Source: an uncultured Chloroflexia bacterium
GTDB taxonomy: Bacteria; Chloroflexota; Limnocylindria; Limnocylindrales; CSP1-4
Length of the DNA: 64,000 nt
Reading direction: 5' to 3'
Assembly: GCA_963768035.1 (NCBI GenBank)
Contig: CAVYGJ010000008.1
Location: 26,710 to 90,709, forward strand
The number at the start of each line of letters is the position of its first letter. The stretch's first letter is position 1. Below are positions 43,900 to 53,210 of the stretch, in pieces. The notes beneath the pieces were generated by a model. The model had not been told where the DNA came from, did no database searches, and saw only the letters and a list, made by a program, of their open reading frames with translations. The position numbers and the translations under genes were made by a program.

Positions 43900-44816
43900 T
43901 GACGACTCCCGACGGGCTGCAGGACCCCGTTGCGTCGACCCGTGGCGGCGTCCGCCTGATCCTGGGCCGCGTGGACGAGGTGGGTGAGGAGGAGGGCGTT
44001 GGTGACGGGGCCGACGCCGCCCGGGACCGGGGTGATCGCGGAGGCGACCTTGCTGGCTGACTCGAAGTCGACGTCGCCGACGATCCGGCCGTCGACGACG
44101 TTGATGCCCACGTCGACGACGACGGCGCCCTTGCGCAGCATCTTTCCCGTGATGAGTCCCGGCTTGCCGGCGGCGACGACGACGATCTCCGCGTCCTTGA
44201 CGTGGCGCGCGAGGTCGGCCGTCTTCGAGTGGCAGATGGTGACCGTCGCGTGCTCGCGCATCAGCAGCAGCGCGGCGGGCTTGCCGACGACGTTGGACCG
44301 GCCGACGACGACCACGCGCTTGCCCGCGAGCTCGATGCCGGAGCGCTTGAGCAGCTCGACGGCGGCGTGGGCGGTCGTCGGCAGGAAGCCGTGGTAGCCG
44401 AGCGTCAGGAGGCCGGCGTTGCGGGGGTGGAGGCCGTCGATGTCCTTGGCCGGATCGAGCGTGTCGATGACGGTCGAGAGGGGGATGCGCTTGGGCAGCG
44501 GCATCTGGACGATGATCCCGGCGACCTGGCTGTCGGCGTTGAGCCGCTCGATCTCCTCGCGGACCGCGGCGGCTGACGCGCGGCCGGGCACCTCGACGAG
44601 GCGTCCCTCGATGCCGACCTTCGCGCACGACTTGAGGATCTGGTTGAGGTAGACGGCCGACGGCGCGTCGCGCCCGACGATGAGGACGGCGAGGGCCGGG
44701 GTGTAGCCGCGCTTGCCACGGAAGGCGAGGACCTCACGTTCCACGGACGCGCGGATCTCGGCGGCGATCGGCGCCCCGAGCAGGAGCCTCGGCCCCGTGC
44801 CGGATGCGGAGCTCAC
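43896..44816 (-). CDS. folD: Bifunctional methylene-THF dehydrogenase/cyclohydrolase
   Basis: GIIVQMPLP, KDIDGLHP, GRSNVVGKP, VVDVGIN and TPVPGGVGP. Confidence 0.95.
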   Translation of the reverse strand: MSSASGTGPRLLLGAPIAAEIRASVEREVLAFRGKRGYTPALAVLIVGRDAPSAVYLNQILKSCAKVGIEGRLVEVPGRASAAAVREEIERLNADSQVAGIIVQMPLPKRIPLSTVIDTLDPAKDIDGLHPRNAGLLTLGYHGFLPTTAHAAVELLKRSGIELAGKRVVVVGRSNVVGKPAALLLMREHATVTICHSKTADLARHVKDAEIVVVAAGKPGLITGKMLRKGAVVVDVGINVVDGRIVGDVDFESASKVASAITPVPGGVGPVTNALLLTHLVHAAQDQADAATGRRNGVLQPVGSRQ

Positions 44817-45481
44817 GCCCCGGTCGCCTCCAGCGGTTCCCGGGTCTTGTCGCTCCGGACGACCTCGCGGACCGTGTCCGCGAGTCGCTCGATCTCGTCG
44901 GCGAGGTCCTCGGTCCGGCCGAAGAGCTCGCGGGCCGCCTCCTCGTCGCCGATCGACGGCAGGTTGATGTAGACGTTGGCGGCGGCCGCGCGCGAGGCCG
45001 CGACGCTCAGCAGGGCTGCGACCTCGAGGTCCGAGCTCGCGTTGCGGTTGCTGCGGCCCGCGAGCGCCTCCGCGTACGCGACGATGTCGACGCACGCCTG
45101 GACGGTCCGGAACGGGGCCTCGGAGGACGCACGCGCCGACTGGGCGATCGCCGCGCTGCGGACCTCTCGCTCGCGCTCGGTGTCGCGCGGGAGCTTCATC
45201 GCCGCGACGTAGCCCGTGTACGCGACGGCGTCCTCGTCAGCGAGCTCGAGGAAGCGGTCCACCAGCTTCCGTGCCGCGACGATCGCCTCCGCGTGGAGCG
45301 CCGCGTGCTGGGCGTACTTTGGCCGGTCCTGCGACAGGGAGGCGACCATCGCCACGAGGCCCGCGGCGAGGCTCGCCGCGACCGCCGCGGCACTCCCCCC
45401 ACCGGGGACGGGCTCTGCGGACGCCAGCCGGTCCACGAAGGCAGCGACCGTCAGGTCGCCGAAGCGCGTGCTCGGTTCCAC
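44813..45481 (-). CDS. Formiminotetrahydrofolate cyclodeaminase / cyclohydrolase family (FTCD_C)
   Basis: LASAEPVPGGGSAAA, LADEDAVAY, NAS SD and NVYINL. Confidence 0.88.
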   Translation of the reverse strand: MEPSTRFGDLTVAAFVDRLASAEPVPGGGSAAAVAASLAAGLVAMVASLSQDRPKYAQHAALHAEAIVAARKLVDRFLELADEDAVAYTGYVAAMKLPRDTEREREVRSAAIAQSARASSEAPFRTVQACVDIVAYAEALAGRSNRNASSDLEVAALLSVAASRAAAANVYINLPSIGDEEAARELFGRTEDLADEIERLADTVREVVRSDKTREPLEATGA

Positions 45482-45717
45482 CCGCCGATTGTAGGGACCG
45501 CGCCAACGCCCGGGGCGAACGGGTGCGGCCCACGGTCCATTGACCGTCCCGCCTGAAAGGCCCTGAACGCCCGTACCCGCCACGACGAGCCCGTAGGTCC
45601 CGTTCGTGGCGTGGTCAGGCGGGTTCAGTGGCCCGCGGGGCGAGCGTCTGTGTGCGCCCGCCCCGCAGCCGACCCCACGAGGCCGACGGGGAGGAGCCGC
45701 GACCCCGGTATCTGGTA

Positions 45718-45987
45718 TCAGGCGGCCGGCGCGAGCTCGTCCAGGCCGTCGATGGTCCACCGCTTGGAGCGATGGAGGTAGGTGAGCGCGAGGCGCACGC
45801 CGGGCGTGTCGACCTCGAACAGCGTGCGGGGGCCCGTGATCGCGGGGTAGGCGGACCGCTCGTCGCGGATCGCCACGAGGCGGGTGACCGGAAGGGTCTC
45901 CTCGCCCCACGTGATCTCGCGCGGCGTGCCGCTGAACCAGTCGGTACGGACCTGGACCTTGACGGGTGCGACGCGAACCATCGCCAT
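45718..45987 (-). CDS. Small LexA-controlled hypothetical protein (DUF6504-like beta-rich domain)
   Basis: AAGGAG RBS with ATG at 45987. Sequence P..I.W..E...V..L....ER..YP...GPRT.FEV..W; two LexA boxes upstream. The family assignment is tentative. Confidence 0.7.
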   Translation of the reverse strand: MAMVRVAPVKVQVRTDWFSGTPREITWGEETLPVTRLVAIRDERSAYPAITGPRTLFEVDTPGVRLALTYLHRSKRWTIDGLDELAPAA

Positions 45988-46036
45988 GTCGTTCTCCTTC
46001 GGCGCTTGGTCGTGCGACCCGGGGGCACTCCGGATG

Positions 46037-46091
46037 CGAACGCTTGTTCGTTTCTGGTGCCACCGTAGATCGAACAGGCGTTCGATGTCAA
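46037..46091 (-). promoter_or_regulatory. SOS promoter with two LexA boxes
   Basis: CGAACgcttGTTCG at 46037-46050 and CGAACaggcGTTCG at 46071-46084. Minus-strand TTGACA-N18-TACGGT brackets the second box. Confidence 0.85.
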
Positions 46092-47482
46092 GTGGTCCTG
46101 ACCGGAGAATCGCGCTCGGCTGTGACATCTCTCGTGTCACTGCAGCGACGTGCGACCGTCAGTCGTCCTCGCGCCGGCGGATCGATCCCCTCGTCGGGAT
46201 CCGGTGGCGCGTCCGCGCCGACCTTCGGGCGGCGCTTCGGCCCGGTGGGCTCGTCCGGCACGCCGATGCGGCCCTCGATCGCGGAGTTCGGGTCGCGCTC
46301 GAAGACCGTCGGGACGCCAGCCCGCACCAGCCGGCCGCGGGTCACCGCCCGCTCGCCGTACTTGCGCCGGATCACGTCCATGGCCTCGGCAGCCTGGTGG
46401 CGCCTCGGCTCCTCTGGCCCGGCGAACATCGCCAGCTGCTCGCGCTCGCGGAAGTTGGACGCGGTCACGCCCACGAGGCGGATCCGCTGGCCGTGGAGCT
46501 CGCGCCGGAGCAGCCCGATCGCCGCCTCGTAGATCGGCTCGGTGAGGTCGGCCGGCGTGTCGAGCGTGGTCTGGCGGGTGATCGTGACGAAGTTCGTGTC
46601 GCGCAGCTTGAGCGTGATCGTCGCGGCCTTGAGACCCGCGGCGCGGAGCCGCCAGGCGACGCCATCGGCCATGCCGAGGACCGTCCGCTCGATCTTCTCG
46701 CGCTCCGACGTGTCCGTCCCGAACGTGTGCTCGTGCCCGACCGACTTCGCCGGGTCGCCCGTCGCGACCGGGTCCGCGTCGAGGCCGTGCGCCCGGGCGA
46801 CGAGCGCCGCCCCGTGCTTCCCGAACCGGCGCTCCATCGCCGCCGGCGGCAGCGACGCGAGGTCGCCGATCGTGACGACGCCGAAGTCGCGGAGGACCGC
46901 GGCGGTCTTCTCGCCGACGCCCCACAGCCGGCTGATCGGGAGCGGCGCGAGGAACGCGGCCTCCTCGCCCGGCGGCACGACGACGAGCCCGTCGGGCTTG
47001 CGCAGGTCGCTGCCGATCTTCGCGACGAGCTTCGTGCTCGCGACGCCGACGCTGGCGGTGAGGCCCACCTCGTCGTGGACGGCCTGCTTGATCGACGTGG
47101 CGATCGCCGCGCCGTCGCCGAACAGCTGGCGGGAACCCGTCACGTCGAGGAACGCCTCGTCGATCGAGATCGGCTGGACCTGGTCCGTGAACCGGCGGAG
47201 GATCGCCATGACCTCCTTGCTCGCCCGCTGGTACTTGCGCCCGTCGACGGGCAGGAACACGCCGTGCGGGCAGAGGCGGCCCGCGGTCCTGAGGGGCATC
47301 GCGCTGTGGACGCCGAACGCCCGCGCCTCGTAGCTCGCCGCGCTCACGACGCCCCGCTCGTTCGGGCCGCCACCGCCGACGATCACCGGCTTGCCGCGGA
47401 GCTCCGGCCGATCGCGCTGCTCCACCGCCGCGAAGAACGCGTCGAGGTCGACGTGGAGGATGGTGCGGATCCCGGCGCTCAC
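46088..47482 (-). CDS. dinB: DNA polymerase IV
   Basis: ILHVDLDAFFAAVEQ, SAASYEAR, SIDEAFLD, SDLRKPDG and KSVGHEHTF. The C-terminal tail may be extended by an indel. Confidence 0.95.
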   Translation of the reverse strand: MSAGIRTILHVDLDAFFAAVEQRDRPELRGKPVIVGGGGPNERGVVSAASYEARAFGVHSAMPLRTAGRLCPHGVFLPVDGRKYQRASKEVMAILRRFTDQVQPISIDEAFLDVTGSRQLFGDGAAIATSIKQAVHDEVGLTASVGVASTKLVAKIGSDLRKPDGLVVVPPGEEAAFLAPLPISRLWGVGEKTAAVLRDFGVVTIGDLASLPPAAMERRFGKHGAALVARAHGLDADPVATGDPAKSVGHEHTFGTDTSEREKIERTVLGMADGVAWRLRAAGLKAATITLKLRDTNFVTITRQTTLDTPADLTEPIYEAAIGLLRRELHGQRIRLVGVTASNFREREQLAMFAGPEEPRRHQAAEAMDVIRRKYGERAVTRGRLVRAGVPTVFERDPNSAIEGRIGVPDEPTGPKRRPKVGADAPPDPDEGIDPPARGRLTVARRCSDTRDVTAERDSPVRTT

Positions 47483-47742
47483 ACGGCGGATTGTCGCCCC
47501 GCCGCGCGACAGCGTCGTGTCACGAATGCCTCGGCCGGTTCGCGGGCCGTGTGGTCCATGACACCGTGAGATCGCCCACGGCGCGCGACGAATCGCCGGA
47601 TTCGCGGTCCTGAAAGCCGCGAAAGCACCCGGCCGGCGCGACCGGAGGCGGATCCGGGGTCCGTGGCACCGCACATCCGCCTGTCGTGGCGTCACGTGGG
47701 CGAAGTCATGGTCCTGGAGACCTCGCCGAGGACCGAAAAACG

Positions 47743-47776
47743 AAACCGCCCGGTCCGCGAACGGTCCGGGCGGTCG
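47743..47776 (-). terminator. Intrinsic terminator after rplI
   Basis: Minus-strand ACCGCCCGG..CCGGGCGGT followed by TTCGTTTTT. Confidence 0.7.
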
Positions 47777-47800
47777 ATGTGTCGATGAACGACGCCGGGG

Positions 47801-48247
47801 TCAGCCCTTGGGCTCGACGATGATCGTCACCTCGGGCGTCATGCCCGAGTAGACCTTGATCGCCACCTTGTAGGTGCCCAGCGACTTGATCGGCTGCTCG
47901 AGGTCGATCTTGTGGCGGTCGACCGTGATCCCCCGCCGGCCGAGCGCCTCGGCGATGTCCTGGTTGTTGATCGAGCCGTAGAGCTTGCCGCCCTCGCCGA
48001 CCTTCACGCCCATCGTGAGCGTCGTGGACGCGATGCGGGTGGCCGCGATCTCGGCCTCCTCGCGCTCGCGCTTGCGCTTGTCCTCGCGGGAGGCGATGTC
48101 GTGCTGGTACGCGCGATAGGCACCGCCCGACGCCGGAACGGCAAGCTTCTGCGGGATGAGGTAGTTGGTGGCGAAGCCGTCGGCCACCGTCTTCATCTCG
48201 CCCGTCTTGCCGATCTTGTCGACGTCCTTTGTCAGGATGACCTTCAC
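47801..48247 (-). CDS. rplI: 50S ribosomal protein L9
   Basis: MKVILTKDV..G..GE...VADGFATNYLIP, GKLYGSI and PIKSLG. Confidence 0.96.
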   Translation of the reverse strand: MKVILTKDVDKIGKTGEMKTVADGFATNYLIPQKLAVPASGGAYRAYQHDIASREDKRKREREEAEIAATRIASTTLTMGVKVGEGGKLYGSINNQDIAEALGRRGITVDRHKIDLEQPIKSLGTYKVAIKVYSGMTPEVTIIVEPKG

Positions 48248-48771
48248 GCGGTGTGTTCCTCCTTGGTGTTGATCCAGGATCGAACCCGTGGGCCGACCCT
48301 GCTGTTTTCAAGCGTATCGCCCGCGAACGAGACGAGCTCGGGGGCGCGCCGCATGATGCGGCGAAGCGAGCCCGGCGTAAAGCGCCGGATGCGACGCACG
48401 TCTTCCATGAACGCGCCACGGTCGATGCCGAGCGCGTCGAGCTTCTCGTCGAGGACGTCCTCCGGGACGCCGTCCAGGAACAGGTCGACGGCGAGGATCA
48501 CGACGACGAGGTCGTCGAGGCCGCCCACCACCGGGATGTCGTCGGGCACGAGGTCGCGTCCGACGAACAGGTAGCCGAGCGCGCCGGCGAGCATCGCCTT
48601 GCGCCCAGCGGGCGTGCGATCGTCCCGGATGAGCTCGTAGAACAGGCGCCCGTACATGGGCGCGCGACTCGCGAGCGGCAGGAACGCGGCCCACCCCAGC
48701 AACCGGCGAATGCCGATCCGCTGCGGCGAACGCTCCTCCCCCGATGCCCGGCGAGCCACCCTGTCCCTCAC
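48244..48771 (-). CDS. YkvA/DUF1232 family protein
   Basis: DLVPDDIPVVGGLDD motif. Confidence 0.85.
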   Translation of the reverse strand: MRDRVARRASGEERSPQRIGIRRLLGWAAFLPLASRAPMYGRLFYELIRDDRTPAGRKAMLAGALGYLFVGRDLVPDDIPVVGGLDDLVVVILAVDLFLDGVPEDVLDEKLDALGIDRGAFMEDVRRIRRFTPGSLRRIMRRAPELVSFAGDTLENSRVGPRVRSWINTKEEHTA

Positions 48772-48852
48772 GCGCGACGCGCGAACCGAATCTCGGATCG
48801 CGGACGGCCGATGGTAGCACCGGCCCTGTTCAGGTCCGGGAGCGGGTGCCGG

Positions 48853-49690
48853 CTAAGGGCCCGGAGCTGCCTCCCGGCGGAGCCAGTTGGGCCGGGCGTA
48901 GGCGAGGGTGAAGCCCGACCGGAGCATGTTGCGGTACGAGTGGTTGACCGGGTCCTCGGGCGTCTCCTCGCCGGTCTCGGTCACGGCGAGCGTGCAACCC
49001 AGGGCGCGCGCGTCCCGTAGCCTGGCCGCGAACAGCGCCGACTGGCCGCCCCGTCCGCGGGCAGCCTCCCGCGTCGCGCCGAAGCCGAACCACGCGGTGT
49101 CGCCGTCGACGAACATCGCGGCCGCGGCCACGGGCGTCTCCCCGTCGTAGCCCATGTAGTGGCGCCACCCATAGACACCGACGGTCGCCGCGGCCAGGGG
49201 GAGGACCTCGTTGGGAAACTCCATCGCGTCGACGACGATCGACGCGAAGGCGTCGGCCTCGTCCGGTCCGATCTGGGCGATGCGAAGGGACGTGTCCGCG
49301 TCGCGGATGTCATCGAGGGGGTGCCACAGCTTCACCCAGTTGCGGCCCTGCTGGTAGCCCGCATCGCCGAGCCACGTGGCGAGCTCCGGCGTCATGACCT
49401 CGGACGGCACCTGGATCATCGACTCGCCCAGGCCCAGCGACCGGAACCAGGCCGAGCGCGGCCTCGACGTCGGCGACGGTCACGGGTCCCTGGCTGCCCA
49501 GCCCGAGGACACGGTTGAAGAACGCCGAGTCGATGACGGTCAGGGCCGTGAGTGCTGCACCGGCGATGGTTGTCTCGCGTGCGCCGACGGCATCGATCGC
49601 GCCCCGGGGACCGTCCCGGTAGATGCTCGCCGCTGCGACTGCCTCGGCTCGTTCGAGCCGGGCGGCGAGGGCGATTGATGACGAGTCCAC
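48853..49690 (-). CDS. GNAT-family acetyltransferase, frameshift near 49455
   Basis: FFNRVLGLG, ATREAARGRGGQSAL and SYRNMLRSGF. Confidence 0.8.
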
Positions 49691-49739
49691 GGTGGCATTC
49701 CTCTTCGGCATCCCCGGCGAGCCCGGATTGTGGCGCAAG

Positions 49740-49767
49740 TTGACATCGAACGTCCGTTCGGTATGAT
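49740..49767 (+). promoter_or_regulatory. lexA promoter with autoregulatory LexA box
   Basis: TTGACA(49740)-t-CGAACgtccGTTCG(49747-49760)-g-TATGAT. Confidence 0.88.
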
Positions 49768-49790
49768 GCTTGCAACCAGTAGGAGAGCCC

Positions 49791-50441
49791 GTGACCCGTC
49801 ACGACGCCGAACGCAAGCGCAAGATCCTGGACGTGATCGCCGCCACGATCCGCGCGCGCGGCTATCCGCCGAGCGTGCGCGAGATCGCGAAGGCCGTCGG
49901 CCTTGCCTCCACGTCTGCTGTCCACCACCACCTCCAGGTCCTCGAGAAGGAGGGCTACCTCGAGCGGGGTGCCGCGCAGTCGCGCGCGATCCGGCTCACG
50001 CCGCAGGCGGCGCTTCGGCTCGGGCTCTCCGCGGAGCTGACGCCCCAGTCGCAGCCCAGCGAGTCACACAGCCTCCCGGTGATCGGCGAGATCGCGGCCG
50101 GTGGGCCGATCGAGGCATACCAGGACGCGTCGGAGACGCTCGCGGTCCCGGACATCCTCGCGCCGGCCGGCGACGCCTACGTGCTGCGTGTCCGCGGCGA
50201 CTCGATGATCGAGGCGCACATCGCGGACGGGGACTTCGTGGTCATCCGGCCGCAGGAGACCGCGCGGGACGGCGACATCGTCGTCGCCCAGGTCGAGGAG
50301 AACGCGGTCACCCTCAAGCGGTTCTTCCGTGAGAAGGACCGGGTCCGCCTCCAGCCCGCCAACCCGAACTACCCGCCCCAGTTCTATCCCTCGGTGCGGA
50401 TCCAGGGGAAGCTCATCGGCGTCATCCGCCGCCTCGACTGA
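49791..50441 (+). CDS. lexA: SOS repressor LexA
   Basis: GYPPSVREI, IAAG cleavage site, VRGDSMI catalytic Ser and TLKRF catalytic Lys. Confidence 0.96.
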   Translation: MTRHDAERKRKILDVIAATIRARGYPPSVREIAKAVGLASTSAVHHHLQVLEKEGYLERGAAQSRAIRLTPQAALRLGLSAELTPQSQPSESHSLPVIGEIAAGGPIEAYQDASETLAVPDILAPAGDAYVLRVRGDSMIEAHIADGDFVVIRPQETARDGDIVVAQVEENAVTLKRFFREKDRVRLQPANPNYPPQFYPSVRIQGKLIGVIRRLD

Positions 50442-50569
50442 GCGGCGCTGATCTGGCCGATCCGCCGCGTTGCCGCGCTGCGCTCCTCGCTCACGCACAT
50501 GAGTGCGCTCGCTCCGGTGCTCACGGCGTCGCCTTCGGCTCGGCGCAGCCGATGCGCGATCTCCGGAAC

Positions 50570-50623
50570 GTTTCCACATCGGTCGTCCACAACGCGTCCA
50601 CATCGGTCGAAAGCCGTGGACGG
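50570..50623. promoter_or_regulatory. Cluster of degenerate DnaA-box-like nonamers upstream of dnaB
   Basis: GTTTCCACA(50570), TCGTCCACA(50583), GCGTCCACA(50594) and inverted CGTGGACGG(50615). Confidence 0.55.
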
Positions 50624-50718
50624 GGCGGCGGTGGGCTCGCCGCTCTCGTTGACCCGAACGGGGTCCGCACACCGGACCATTCCGGGACCGCCCTGACCTT
50701 CCGGAGCCCAATGCCGCT

Positions 50719-52068
50719 GTGATCGATCGTCTGCCGCCGCAATCCATCGAGGCCGAGCAGTCCGTGCTCGGCTCGATCCTCATCGACCGCGACGCGGTCA
50801 TCGAGGTCGCCGAGTTCCTCAAGGCGGACGACTTCTACCGCCAGGCGCACGGCAAGGTCTACGCGGTCATCCTGGGCCTGTTCGAGCGGCGCGAGCCCAT
50901 CGACATCGTCACCGTCGCCGAGGCGCTGGAGCGGGACGGCGACCTGGAGGCGGTCGGCGGTCGCGCGTACCTGGGCACACTCTCGAATTCCACGCCCACT
51001 GCCGTCCACGCGACGCAGTACGGGCGGATCGTCGAGCGCAAGGCCCTCCTTCGGAACCTCATCGGCGCCGCAGGCAAGATCGCCGGGATCGGCTACGAGG
51101 ATCCGGCCGAGATCGCGGAGGCCATCGATCGCGCGGAGGCCGAGCTGTTCGCGGTCAGCCAGCGCCGCGTGGCCGCCGGCTTCTCCCCGCTCAAGACGCT
51201 GCTCCACGACGCCTACGACCGGCTCGACTACCTCCACGCCCACCGGGGCGAGATCAGCGGCATCCGCAGCGGCTTCCAGGACCTGGACACGCTCACGACC
51301 GGCTTCCAGAAGAGCGACCTCGTGATCCTCGCGGCCCGTCCGTCTGTCGGCAAGACGAGCTTCGCGCTCAACATCGCGGAGCACGCGGCGGTCCACGACA
51401 AGAAGAGCGTCGGGATCTTCAGCCTCGAGATGAGCAAGGAGCAGCTCGTCCTGCGCCTGCTCTCGTCGGTGGCGAACATCGACTCCCAGCGGCTCCGGTC
51501 GGGGTTCCTCGAGGAGCTCGACTTCGCGCGGATCGCTCCCGCGATGAACACGCTGTCGGAGGCGCCGATCTACATCGACGACACGCCCAACATCACGACG
51601 ATGGAGCTGCGCACCAAGGCGCGCAGGCTCCAGGCCGAGTCGGGGCTCGACCTCGTGATCGTCGACTACCTCCAGCTCATGCAGTCCTCGACCACGACCC
51701 GCGATGCGAACCGTGTGCAGGAGGTCGCCGAGATCTCGCGCGGCCTGAAGGCGCTCGCGCGCGAGCTCAAGGTGCCGGTCATCGCCCTGTCCCAGCTCTC
51801 GCGCCAGCCGGAGATGCGCGAGTCGAAGGAGCCCCGGCTGTCCGACCTGCGCGAGTCCGGCTCGATCGAGCAGGACGCGGACCTCGTGACGTTCCTGTGG
51901 CGCGAGAAGGAGCGCGGCTCCGACGACCAGGTCACCGACGGCGAGGTCGTCAAGCTCAAGCTCGCGAAGCACCGCAACGGCCCCACCGGCGAGATCGACC
52001 TGTGGTTCAAGAAGGCCCAGACGCGCTTCGTGAACTACGCCGGGGAGCGCTTCGCCGACGTCAGCTAG
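50719..52068 (+). CDS. dnaB: Replicative DNA helicase (no intein)
   Basis: PPQSIEAEQSVLG, AARPSVGKT, FSLEMS, VDYLQLM, SDLRESGSIEQDAD and KHRNGPTG. Confidence 0.97.
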   Translation: MIDRLPPQSIEAEQSVLGSILIDRDAVIEVAEFLKADDFYRQAHGKVYAVILGLFERREPIDIVTVAEALERDGDLEAVGGRAYLGTLSNSTPTAVHATQYGRIVERKALLRNLIGAAGKIAGIGYEDPAEIAEAIDRAEAELFAVSQRRVAAGFSPLKTLLHDAYDRLDYLHAHRGEISGIRSGFQDLDTLTTGFQKSDLVILAARPSVGKTSFALNIAEHAAVHDKKSVGIFSLEMSKEQLVLRLLSSVANIDSQRLRSGFLEELDFARIAPAMNTLSEAPIYIDDTPNITTMELRTKARRLQAESGLDLVIVDYLQLMQSSTTTRDANRVQEVAEISRGLKALARELKVPVIALSQLSRQPEMRESKEPRLSDLRESGSIEQDADLVTFLWREKERGSDDQVTDGEVVKLKLAKHRNGPTGEIDLWFKKAQTRFVNYAGERFADVS

Positions 52069-52074
52069 CGGCGC

Positions 52075-52974
52075 CTACGCCTTCTCGTCGGGGAGCAGCG
52101 GCCGGAGCACGAACGAGTAGACCTTGCCCGCGTCGTCGCGGAGGTAGATCCCGGACGCGATCCCGTTCTCGAACCCCTCGACCCCGAGCGCTGCCGCCTG
52201 CTCCGGCGTGAGCGTCGCCGTGCCCTGCGGGAGCACGTTCGGGTCGCTCGGCATCGAGAAGTCGGCGGGGGTGAGGTCGGTCCACGGCCAGTCGCGGATC
52301 GCGACGCCCGCGAGGCCCTGCTGCTCCTGGAGCACGCCCCGGTAGGCGGTCGGCTCGTACGGCGTGCTCTGCAGGCTGCCGCCGGCGTCGAAGTCGCGGA
52401 GCCGGTTGCCGAGCGCGGCCATCGCCTGCTTGATCGCCGAGTCGGCGTTGAGCTCCTGGTCCTCCATCCCGAGCGCCACGACGCTCACCGTCTTCTCCGC
52501 GCCGTCGGCGTTGAGCGTGAACACGGCAGTCGGCGCGTCGGCCACGAGCGGGTTCTGGTACTCGGCGCGTGCGGACCCGAGCCCGCCGTCGCGGATCGCG
52601 ACCTCGAGGAGCGACTGGACCTGGTCCTCGGTCAGCTTCCCGGTCCGCACGGGCGGGCTCGTCATGATCCCGTCTGCGCGCGCGGGGAGCGTCGCATTCG
52701 ACTGGACGAACACGACCGTCCCGTCGCCGTAGAGGGTGAACATCGGGACGTGGGCGGCGAGGAACTCGGGCGGGACGAAGCCGCCGGACTCGTCGAACCG
52801 GAGGACGATCTCGTCGGCGCCGGTCGGGTGGGCGATGCCCTCGATCGACGGGCTGGGCGCGGTCGTGGGGTCGGCGGTCGAGGCGTCGCCAGGTGTCGAA
52901 CCGCCGCCGCCCGTGCAGGCGGTGACGGCGAGGGCGACGAGGGCGAGGGCAGTGGCCAGGATTCGTGTCGACAT
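52075..52974 (-). CDS. Hypothetical lipoprotein
   Basis: AVTAC lipobox. GGFVP..P.FTLYGDG, VADAPT and RPLLPDE motifs. Confidence 0.75.
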   Translation of the reverse strand: MSTRILATALALVALAVTACTGGGGSTPGDASTADPTTAPSPSIEGIAHPTGADEIVLRFDESGGFVPPEFLAAHVPMFTLYGDGTVVFVQSNATLPARADGIMTSPPVRTGKLTEDQVQSLLEVAIRDGGLGSARAEYQNPLVADAPTAVFTLNADGAEKTVSVVALGMEDQELNADSAIKQAMAALGNRLRDFDAGGSLQSTPYEPTAYRGVLQEQQGLAGVAIRDWPWTDLTPADFSMPSDPNVLPQGTATLTPEQAAALGVEGFENGIASGIYLRDDAGKVYSFVLRPLLPDEKA

Positions 52975-53210
52975 GGGGCACGGGACGCGAGGAAGCCGGG
53001 CGCGGTTCCACGAGCGCCTTGGGAAAGGCGACCGAAACCGGATCGCAAGCCGATCTCCGGGAATCGGGGGCTTGACGAGCGGCGTATTGTCCGCGAAAGA
53101 GTTCCGCCCCCAGCCGCCCTGCTCCGCGCGCCGATCCTCCTGGCGACGCCGGCGCCGGTCCCCGTCGACGGACCGGAGCTCCCGGTGCCCACTATGGAGG
53201 AAACCGAGGG

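Noticed and set aside
45490-45715. Long imperfect hairpin upstream of cyclodeaminase-folD-fhs as a ZTP (pfl) or THF riboswitch
   Set aside because: I could not find the conserved pfl or THF motifs, and the downstream gene has its own leaderless-type TACAAT box. It is more likely a terminator-like structure for the SOS gene.
50719-52068. Intein in DnaB or prophage-type helicase
   Set aside because: Normal 449-aa length with contiguous motifs and no phage genes nearby.
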